The notes under the pieces: generated by a model | The model's database searches: none | The model's input: the letters and a program-made list of their open reading frames with translations, nothing else | Told to the model about the DNA's origin: nothing | Translations under genes and position numbers: made by a program | Part shown: positions 56,283 through 64,000 of the stretch, piece by piece | How the letters are laid out: every line of letters starts with the position of its first letter | Numbering within the stretch: the stretch's first letter is position 1 | Source of the DNA: a virus | Virus record (IMG/VR): IMGVR_UViG_3300005663_000045 | Coordinates: 4,632 to 68,631 of that record | Strand: one strand, 5' to 3' | DNA: 64,000 nt

Positions 56283-58102
56283 GTGAGACCCTCACAGTTA
56301 CCCCCGCCCTCAAAGAATACGAACCCCAGGCATGGCAGTTCGTGCACGATACCGCTGATTGGTTCGCCCAGAATCTAAAAATTGTTGATCGGGACAATCA
56401 ACTCATACCCCTCGTAGTCAATCAGCAGCAGATTCAAGTCCTGTTCTGGGTGGGTATGCAGTTCGCCGCGGGTGTTCCTGTAAGAATCATCATCCTCAAG
56501 GCTCGACGCATGGGGATGAGCACACTTATCACCGCACTTCTTTTCATGTTTGCGACCTTGTGGCCGAACTACCCTGTCTTTGCCTGTGCTCACGATCAGG
56601 ATGGAACGAACACTTTGCGCAGCATGGCGCAAAAGTTCCAAGAGGAACTTCCCGAACACCTGAAACGCGAGACGGCCTTTGACAGCAGGCAGGATATTGT
56701 CTTCAAGCCACCGCACAGGTCCAGCTACAACTTCCACACCGCAGGGGGCAAAAAAGGTGTCGGGCGCACCAAAGAAATCACCGGCCTTCACGCCTCTGAA
56801 AAGGCCCACATAGACAGCGGCGACAAGTTTAACGCCTCGGTAATGGCTGCCGTCCCCCGACAGAACCCCCGGTCGTGCATCTTCCAGGAATCCACAGCCA
56901 ATGGTGAGGCTGATCCGGGCAAGTTTCATGCGGCGTGGGTTGGCGCTGTTCAGCAGCGAAAAGATTCCTCTGATAACGTGCAGGGCTACTTGCCCTTGTT
57001 CTTCTCATGGTTGGACTTTCCCGACTACAGACAGGCACCATTGCCTAATTACACTTGGGGGGAGTTGACCGAGAAGGAACTGTGGCTCAAGGGTCTTGGT
57101 GCCGACGAAGAGCAATTGTACTTCCGGCGATGCGTGATAGCCGAGGACTACAGCGGGGACGCCGACATATTTTCTCAGGAATTCCCGGCGACTGCCAAAG
57201 AAGCCTTCCTCGCATCTGGCCGACCTGCAATACCAGCGTCTGTCATATCTTACCACGAAAGTCTCGCCCGACCTCCGGCAAGGAAGGTGCACCTGCACTG
57301 GGATGGCAAGGGTGAAGTGCTTGCCGTAGATGCTCCCGAAGGCGCGATGGAGTATTGGGAAGTATGGTACGAGCCTATGGGGGTTGGCGAGGCGGACTAC
57401 ATTGTCGCCGGCGACGTAGCCGAGGGGAAACTGTCCGATCCGGCTAACGACAAGAGCAAGCCCGACCGACATGGGGGTGCAGTTCTCAACCGGAGATACT
57501 TCCGCATTGATGCAATCTGGTCCGGTTTTCGGATGGGGGCGGACGTATTCGGACAGGAACTTCGCAAGTGTGCGGAGTGGTACAACCAGGCATGGGCGTC
57601 CCCCGAAGCAAACGCTGCGGGGCAGGCCGCCTTGGTCCCGTTCAAAGACTATGCCCGGATATTCCAGCGGAGACCTTCTGAGCCTGTTGGTGTAGAGGAA
57701 AAGGAACTTCCCTCGATAGGCTGGAAGACCACCACGGCCAACCGGGACTACATGATAGATATGTACAACGCCGCATGTTCTGTGTCTGAGGAAGTTCGGC
57801 GGAAAGCGGGCTTCGGCGATCGCCTCCAAATCTTCTCCGACAAGGTAGTGGTGCAGGAGAAGGCGTTCGTTTGGAAGAAGAGCGGCAAGAGAGAACATCA
57901 AGCGGGGGAGTTTGACGACCTGTTATTCGCTTTGTTTGTCGCCTTGCAACTGCACATGACTTGCCCTCGGACATTGGAATCGCAGGAATGGAAGACGCAA
58001 CGGAAGCGTTTGGGCTCGCAATGGTCTGGCGGTTTTGCAGGACCGGAGGATGACGATGAGGACGACGAGCCAGTCACTTGGGATAACGTAACTACATCGT
58101 AA
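56279..58102 (+). CDS. terL: Terminase large subunit
   Basis: LKARRMGMST, LHASE, ESTANG, QEFP..AF..SG, GDVAEG, DDLLFA. Confidence 0.92.
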   Translation: MSETLTVTPALKEYEPQAWQFVHDTADWFAQNLKIVDRDNQLIPLVVNQQQIQVLFWVGMQFAAGVPVRIIILKARRMGMSTLITALLFMFATLWPNYPVFACAHDQDGTNTLRSMAQKFQEELPEHLKRETAFDSRQDIVFKPPHRSSYNFHTAGGKKGVGRTKEITGLHASEKAHIDSGDKFNASVMAAVPRQNPRSCIFQESTANGEADPGKFHAAWVGAVQQRKDSSDNVQGYLPLFFSWLDFPDYRQAPLPNYTWGELTEKELWLKGLGADEEQLYFRRCVIAEDYSGDADIFSQEFPATAKEAFLASGRPAIPASVISYHESLARPPARKVHLHWDGKGEVLAVDAPEGAMEYWEVWYEPMGVGEADYIVAGDVAEGKLSDPANDKSKPDRHGGAVLNRRYFRIDAIWSGFRMGADVFGQELRKCAEWYNQAWASPEANAAGQAALVPFKDYARIFQRRPSEPVGVEEKELPSIGWKTTTANRDYMIDMYNAACSVSEEVRRKAGFGDRLQIFSDKVVVQEKAFVWKKSGKREHQAGEFDDLLFALFVALQLHMTCPRTLESQEWKTQRKRLGSQWSGGFAGPEDDDEDDEPVTWDNVTTS

Positions 58103-58282
58103 GGAGTAACTGGGATGAGATACAAGCTAAGCTGTGACGGGGTTGGCCTATTAAAGAGGATTGGCCCGGACTGGTCGAAGGATTTTTATCACATTCACTC
58201 CGACGAAATGACTTTACTGGAGCGTTTGTGGCATTGCGCATTGCGAGTCATGTCCGCGAAGAACTAAGAAGGAGTAACCGGG

Positions 58283-58618
58283 ATGCCACTTGTACTTACA
58301 GAATCTGAGCAAATTCTACCGATGGGCCCGCATGTATTGATTCGCAGGGTTGACGTTGAGGAAACCACGGAAGGCGGGATTGTCCTCCCCGACATTGCCA
58401 AGCAGAGGCCGTTTCGTGGAACGGTTGTCAAAGTAGGCCAGGGTAGGTTGCCTGAGAAGTGGACTTGGGATGGCGAGAACATGCCGGACATGGTTCCTCT
58501 TAGCGTGGCGATTGGCGACGACGTTATTTTCAAGGCGTACGTCGGTACGGAAATACGAATTGACGACGAGGATTACCTTCTCGTTGACGAAGCGGACATT
58601 TACGCGGTTATTGAATAA
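58283..58618 (+). CDS. groES: Co-chaperonin GroES (Cpn10)
   Basis: P.G..VLIR...EETTEGGIVLPD.AK..P..G.VV.VG.G...V..GD.V.F..Y.GTE...D...YLL..E.DI.AV. Confidence 0.92.
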   Translation: MPLVLTESEQILPMGPHVLIRRVDVEETTEGGIVLPDIAKQRPFRGTVVKVGQGRLPEKWTWDGENMPDMVPLSVAIGDDVIFKAYVGTEIRIDDEDYLLVDEADIYAVIE

Positions 58619-59272
58619 AGGAAACCGGGATGGCAGATCCAAAAACAGTGAATTTCCAAAAGACAACGCGGAGACTTTGCGGGACGTGCAAGTACCTTAT
58701 TGCCAAAGGTGGCGCGAAGTGTGCATGTCAGCATCCGGCGAACTTCCCAATGACGCACGAGATCCCCCCAGTGTCCATCTTTGATTCCTGCGAGGATCAC
58801 CGATTCCGGGGTGAGGAATGAGTGGAAAATGGGGAATCGGGAGTTACGACACAACGATAGACCGCATTCACACATCTTGGGACGAAGCGACAAAGGTTTT
58901 CACGTTCGAGTGGGACCTCTCGCAAGACCAAGAGAAGCCCCACACTCATTACGAGAAGGAGATGTTGGGCCTCCAACGCTTCATGTGGGGTCATATGTGT
59001 AGTGTCGCGTGCAGTACGATCAAAGAGGCTAGTTGGTGGTCTAATGCACCGTACAGAATGGCGGGTGGAGCATGATTACTGAAGGGATGTTGATTGGTGC
59101 CGCTCTTATCGCAATGGCGATGGTCGGCGCTGGGGTCATTATAGGCTTCTTGATTGGCGTGCGTGTTACTGCGCGCCTTGCTGGACGTGACGAACCAATA
59201 CTTTTCGACAAGCCGGGAATGGACATTGAAGACGAGGACGTGGACGATCTTGAAACTACGTGAGGATAAAAC

Positions 59273-61231
59273 GTGGCTGTAGTAACAGGGGAGAAGCTCA
59301 AATCTCTGAATTCCCAGCTTGACGATTGGCGCACAGCGTGTCTCGACGAGACTGACGGCTGGTTGCAAATCTATCGTGACGGCCTGAATTACGCATTCAA
59401 CAACCAACTCGCCAATAAGAAACTCAAGGACGGATGGGACCCGATAACCGCCAACTACATCTTCCCCGCGATGATGCAGGAATTGGCGATTCTTTCCCAG
59501 CGATACACTACCGTTCTCGCCCGCCCCACAGAAGATTCCGACAGCCAATACGCCGATATGTGGCAGTCGCACTTGCAGTGGCTTTACGAAGAAGACCTCA
59601 ATATGGAGGAGTTCCTTCTTCGGGCAGCCCTGGACGCGAAGATAGCCGGGTACTCTGTCGCAAAGACCCTGTGGGAACCCGAGCCCCGTAACGGATGGGA
59701 TATCCAGAACAAGCGATGGATTGGCAGATTGCGGTGCGCTCTTATAAGGCCGGAGTATTTCGGGTCCGATCCGGAGGCGGAGACACTCGACGAAGCGTCG
59801 TATATCTTCACCGCGCGCAGGGCGCACAAGGAATGGGTGAAGCGGAGGTGGCCGGGGCATGATGAGGAAATAGACGCCGCGGCTAACGAAGATGATGCCT
59901 GGAACGATAGAACCCAGCGTATTTACGACACGATAGTCATTACGGACAAACCGGACATTGGACCGAACGAAGGGGATCAGGCACGGCTGGTTAGTTTGCT
60001 GACTGGGGTGAAAACTGCCCGGCTCAACGACGATGCTAGAGAAGGTCAGTATGTAACCATCGAGGAGTTCCACTACCAGGATTACGAGACACGCAATGGA
60101 GAAACGCGCGGGGATGATATTCCCGAAGAGGAGTTGATTCAGAAGGGTTTGGCGTTTCGGGAGGGAACCATTCTCCGAAGCAATGAGACTGGCGTGGCAC
60201 TAGGGCCAAATAACTGGCCCACAAAAGACGGATTGACGTACAAGGAACCCATGTACCCAAGGGGGAGAATGATACTTCGGATTGGGGAAACGCTTCTTAA
60301 TCCCGACACCAAGGACCAGATTTACCCTTATGAAAGACAACCGTTTGTTATCGGGGTAAATCATCTGTTGCCCCATACGTGGAGGGGGCTCAACAACGTC
60401 GAGATGGCGCGTGGTCTTCAGGATTGGGTGAACATATCGATTCAGCATCTTGGGGCTGCCGTTAAGCATTTCGGGGATCCCCAATGGGTTGTGGAGGAAG
60501 GCGCTGTCGAGGGGGCGAAGACGCCCCGGAAGTTGGCACAGCGAATCAAATCCGCTGCCGGGAAGATTATCTTTGTCAGTAAGGGAAAGATAGACAAAAT
60601 ACGCCGCGAACCTGCACCCGCACTAAGCACGGGCGTAATAAGCACCTTCACTTTGATGGCGCAGGAACTCCGTGACCAGACGGGCATACAAGAAGTCGGA
60701 CTGGGTCGCGCCCAAGAAGGCCAACAGACCAAGCATGAGATAGTTCGTCTGGAAACGAACACCCGGTTACGAACAGCGCTATCGCATAAACTCCTGGACC
60801 AGTTCCTCGTCAGGTTGTGGCGGAACATTGCAGAGTTGGCCCAGCGGAATTATGAACCCGAACGGGTCTTGAGAGTCATAGGCAAGCGGCATGCCCCGAC
60901 GATTACGGAATACAATCAGGGGATGGCGGACGTTCGCTTTGACATACAGATAGAGGCGGGGACGAAACTGCCCTTTGACGTCGAGAAGAAGCGGATGAAT
61001 CTCACGGAAGCGATGGGAATCCTCGGCCCCCTGCCAACCTTGGTCGAGCGATACCTGGAGGCATCTGAGATTATGAATCCCGAAGAGGTTATCGCCGAAT
61101 GGCAACAAATGCAGCTTCAACTCCAGCAACAAGCACAACAACAGGAAGCAGAAGGGACGCCAAATGCCGGAACAAAAACGAACACTCCAAGCGGCGGCAA
61201 TACAAACACCAACACAACCGAGGGTGCTTAG
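59273..61231 (+). CDS. Portal protein (P22-like)
   Basis: 652 aa between TerL and scaffold; NYIFP, P.EDSD, LQD.VN, TGI...LG, Gln-rich C-terminus. Confidence 0.8.
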   Translation: MAVVTGEKLKSLNSQLDDWRTACLDETDGWLQIYRDGLNYAFNNQLANKKLKDGWDPITANYIFPAMMQELAILSQRYTTVLARPTEDSDSQYADMWQSHLQWLYEEDLNMEEFLLRAALDAKIAGYSVAKTLWEPEPRNGWDIQNKRWIGRLRCALIRPEYFGSDPEAETLDEASYIFTARRAHKEWVKRRWPGHDEEIDAAANEDDAWNDRTQRIYDTIVITDKPDIGPNEGDQARLVSLLTGVKTARLNDDAREGQYVTIEEFHYQDYETRNGETRGDDIPEEELIQKGLAFREGTILRSNETGVALGPNNWPTKDGLTYKEPMYPRGRMILRIGETLLNPDTKDQIYPYERQPFVIGVNHLLPHTWRGLNNVEMARGLQDWVNISIQHLGAAVKHFGDPQWVVEEGAVEGAKTPRKLAQRIKSAAGKIIFVSKGKIDKIRREPAPALSTGVISTFTLMAQELRDQTGIQEVGLGRAQEGQQTKHEIVRLETNTRLRTALSHKLLDQFLVRLWRNIAELAQRNYEPERVLRVIGKRHAPTITEYNQGMADVRFDIQIEAGTKLPFDVEKKRMNLTEAMGILGPLPTLVERYLEASEIMNPEEVIAEWQQMQLQLQQQAQQQEAEGTPNAGTKTNTPSGGNTNTNTTEGA

Positions 61232-61932
61232 GCCGGGCGACAAACAGTTCTTCAACGCGGACACGAACGAGACGGCCACAATCAAGGAACTGTACTCTAC
61301 TAGGTCCAGCACGCTCCACGTAGTCCTTGAGGATGGCGCGGAGGTCATATTCGTCGGGCACCCAATGACACTTTATCCCGAACCACCCCCGATTAAGATA
61401 GCGGAGGAAGACGATGCCACAGTCATTCCTGACGTGCAAAAAAAACGGCGGAAGAATACGAACCAAAACCCTTAAAGGTGGCAAGTTCATGCACATTTGC
61501 TTCCTTGATGGGAAATCCTACGCCGGGGAAGTCAAAACGAAGAAACACACTAAAGGTTCTGTGTTGATGAGCAAGTAAGGAGAGCGGCATGTCACCAAGG
61601 GTTTCTCAAACTGCGGAAGATTGGAAGTACAAGGTCAAGGATGCCGCTCGGACATTGCGCGAAGCGCAAGAACTAAAGGCGGACACGAAACTCTACAAGG
61701 CCGCGATCGCCGAACTGAAGAAAGAACAAAAGGCCATTGGCGTTGCTTTGAAAGCGAACCGTCAAGGTCGAGCGTTGATGTCGAAATAAGAACTCCCGGT
61801 CATCGTGACCGGATTCCTGCTGAAAGCAGCCAATAGGACGATGTGCCGAAAGGCCAGCCTAAGCGGATAGTAGTGACCCTCCCAAATTCCACAGATCGGA
61901 CAAAAGCGCCCTCTGTGCGCAAAGGAGACGAA

Positions 61933-62790
61933 ATGAGTGAAGCGGAAGCTGGAAACCTCCAGGCTGGTGTAACGGATGAAGATGATACGGAAGATGTTCC
62001 TGTGGAGCCCCTAGAGGGCGAGCAGGGGCCGGAACTCATCACCGATAAGCCTGAAGAGGAAACGAAGGAAGAGCCGGAAAAGAAAGAGCCCGACACGTCG
62101 CAATGGGACCAAGAGCGACAGGAGCGGGACCAGCGGTATGCCACGGAGCGAAAAGAACTGACCTCGCAAATCGAAGCATTGCAGGAACAAGCGGCTTCGT
62201 CAGGCGAGGCGCTTCAGGAACTCCGGGCAACCAAAGAGGCTGCCGAGAAGCCCAAGGATGAAGGCTCCGCACTGGATGCGGATGCCGACATCGACGACAT
62301 CGTGAAGGCCCTCAATGAGACGAAGGCTTTTGGCCAAGAAGCAAGCCAGGAGATTGCGTCTCTCAGAAAGGAACTCGCGGATCGTGACGCCAAGCAGGCT
62401 GAACGCGACGAAAAGAGCGCGGCGGTCAACGCTAAGGCGGCTTACGAATCTACGGTTCGTTCGCTTGAGGAACAGTTTTCCGACGAGCCTCTGGGTATCG
62501 ACGGCGCGAAGTACAGCGCCGAGGCTCAGAAGCGGGCGCAGCAGTTCTTCACCGACAAGGGGTACACGAAAGAGGACCCCCCTTCCGACGTGGCTTCAGA
62601 CTTGGCGCTAAAGGACTTCTTCCGAGAAGTAAGGGATGAAGACCCGACTTACCAACCCAAGCCACGAGCCAAACTCACCGTAACACTCGACACCGGGACA
62701 GGTGGTGGCAAAACATCGACATCACGACGGCCTATGAACCATGAGGATTTCAAGGCCCACAGGCGCAAACAGGGTAGGCCTGTAGATTAG
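61933..62790 (+). CDS. Capsid scaffolding protein
   Basis: Acidic N-terminus, coiled coil, directly upstream of MCP; AAGGAG RBS. Confidence 0.7.
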   Translation: MSEAEAGNLQAGVTDEDDTEDVPVEPLEGEQGPELITDKPEEETKEEPEKKEPDTSQWDQERQERDQRYATERKELTSQIEALQEQAASSGEALQELRATKEAAEKPKDEGSALDADADIDDIVKALNETKAFGQEASQEIASLRKELADRDAKQAERDEKSAAVNAKAAYESTVRSLEEQFSDEPLGIDGAKYSAEAQKRAQQFFTDKGYTKEDPPSDVASDLALKDFFREVRDEDPTYQPKPRAKLTVTLDTGTGGGKTSTSRRPMNHEDFKAHRRKQGRPVD

Positions 62791-62891
62791 GCCCTAAAGC
62801 GCAGAAACCATGTTCCGGGGGCGATTGTTGCCCACGCTTATCGAGTCATTGATAAGTCTGCGCACAATCCCCGGGAAACGGAGAGTTAATT

Positions 62892-63896
62892 ATGGCTTCT
62901 ACAGCAAACATCATTTCTACCACAAAAGACTGGTGGAATAGCACAGTTCAAGAGGAGGGCTGGATGACTATCCTCCTCACGAACATGCTGATTTCACGAA
63001 ATCAGGTCAAGTTCAAGGCTGGCAAGGCGTATAAGCTGGTTGTTCAGACCGGCTCGCTTGAGGATCTCGCCCAGTCATACGGCGACAACACCCCCCTGAG
63101 TTCTGGCGTGAACCAGCTTGCGATCAATCCGCAGTGGACCCGTAAGCGAGTCCAGATCCCCGTCAAGATTCTCGAATCTGAACGGGAGGAACAGTCTGGC
63201 GGAGGTGACGCGGTTGTCGTCTCTTACCCTGAAATGCTGGTTAAGAACGGCCAGGATTCCATGCGGCAGAAGCTCAACAGCATGATTTACGGTGCTGGCT
63301 CTGATACCGCCGTGACCTTCCAGGGTCTTCTTTCCGCACTGAACCACGATGCGACGTACGGTACGTATGCGCGGGCTACCACGGCCACGAATGAGAAGTG
63401 GCAGGGCGCATCCCTGGGCAAGAGTTTCACGGACCAGGACACCGCGGTAGCTGCGAATCTGTATTACGTCCGCCAGTCTGTTGATGCTATTGGGCGGTAC
63501 AACAGCCCGAAGCCAGGCGATCTCGCGGGCATTACGTCCAACGAGGTCTTCCGTTCACTCCAGAGTCAGGTTGACCCCAACCAGCCGACACCTTCGGGCA
63601 ACATAGCGAGATACGGTTTCCGGTCGTTGTTTATCGACGGCGTGGAGATCATCGCTGACCCGTACCTGTCGCACAACTCTGACAACTCGACCACGAAGAC
63701 GTATTTCTTCATGCTGCACATGCCGGACTGGAAGTTGATTCTTTCTTCAAGACTGCGCTTGGGCTACATGACGGACTTCTTCGACCAGTCGAGGATCAAC
63801 AACGGTCTGCCTGAAGACTTGGCGCGGATCAAACTCGCCGGGAATCTCGTCTGCCAGGCTCCGAACCGGAGCATCTGGCTTTCCGCCATGAGCTAA
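62892..63896 (+). CDS. Major capsid protein
   Basis: 334 aa after scaffold; FQGL, GFRSLFIDGVEIIADP, GNLVC..PNR pattern of HK97-fold phage capsids. Confidence 0.8.
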   Translation: MASTANIISTTKDWWNSTVQEEGWMTILLTNMLISRNQVKFKAGKAYKLVVQTGSLEDLAQSYGDNTPLSSGVNQLAINPQWTRKRVQIPVKILESEREEQSGGGDAVVVSYPEMLVKNGQDSMRQKLNSMIYGAGSDTAVTFQGLLSALNHDATYGTYARATTATNEKWQGASLGKSFTDQDTAVAANLYYVRQSVDAIGRYNSPKPGDLAGITSNEVFRSLQSQVDPNQPTPSGNIARYGFRSLFIDGVEIIADPYLSHNSDNSTTKTYFFMLHMPDWKLILSSRLRLGYMTDFFDQSRINNGLPEDLARIKLAGNLVCQAPNRSIWLSAMS

Positions 63897-63942
63897 GCCG
63901 GGGACTCATGTTGTTTCTCTCTAAATGTGAAGGAGCCAACTC

Positions 63943-64000
63943 ATGGCTGACGGAACACTCGATAGTGCCCTTTTCTGGTTACTTGACAGATGGCCGGGCA
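63943..64000 (+). CDS. Start of the next structural gene (truncated by the window)
   Basis: AAGGAG RBS then ATG, open to the window end. Confidence 0.5.
   Translation, partial: MADGTLDSALFWLLDRWPG

Larger units (their letters stand above)
1..64000. mobile_element. Temperate tailed phage genome/prophage, podovirus-like (P22-type portal, large internal virion proteins, no tape measure), near complete
   Basis: TerL, portal, scaffold, MCP, integrase, repressor, recombination and replication genes in phage-typical order; no host genes; structural operon continues across both window ends. Confidence 0.95.

Noticed and set aside
54451-60073. Minus-strand ORFs 54451..55305, 57005..57901 and 58991..60073
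   Set aside because: Shadows of the adhesin-like, TerL and portal genes
1-64000. Diversity-generating retroelement or retron
   Set aside because: No reverse transcriptase and no adenine-variable TR/VR pair seen
1-64000. Stop-codon reassignment
   Set aside because: Long core genes are intact in the standard code, genes end in all three stops, and there is no suppressor tRNA
1-64000. Specific host assignment (e.g. Planctomycetota)
   Set aside because: Only indirect hints (lipoproteins, adhesin-like motifs, REP-like repeat); cannot be supported without searches

Overview
The window is almost entirely one temperate tailed-phage (Caudoviricetes) genome or prophage, apparently cut inside the structural operon. 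No host housekeeping genes are visible. Gene order: head-tail, virion and fibre genes with an FkbM methyltransferase and a degenerate epimerase (0-7.4 kb); three minus-strand morons, each behind a copy of the same promoter (7.4-9.9 kb); large internal-virion/ejection-type proteins (10-19.8 kb); a lysis-position cassette (19.8-20.9 kb); a lysogeny module with an sRNA, an odd tRNA, a tyrosine integrase and an XRE repressor (20.9-23.8 kb); a 29-kb early/replication region of many small genes (RecE-like nuclease, annealing protein, SSB, DUF1376-like initiator, RlmN-like radical SAM, kinase, phosphoesterase, Pol-beta nucleotidyltransferase, tRNA and tRNA-like clusters); then TerS/TerL, GroES, a P22-type portal, scaffold and major capsid protein (55.9-63.9 kb). 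The most notable observations are: (1) a putative RNA-based lysis/lysogeny circuit in which an anticodon-altered tRNA, a promoter-driven sRNA and the early-leader terminator show mutual complementarity; (2) a membrane-anchored moron protein built from copies of this phage's own scaffold domain and ejection-protein N-terminus; (3) a family of tRNA-bodied RNAs whose anticodon arm is extended or replaced, alongside an RlmN-like enzyme lacking the resolving cysteine; (4) two homologous 110-bp inverted-repeat elements bracketing the 28-kb early region; (5) a palindromic 24-bp in-frame repeat delimiting modules inside the 2093-aa virion protein. All alignments and RNA folds were done by eye and no database searches were run.
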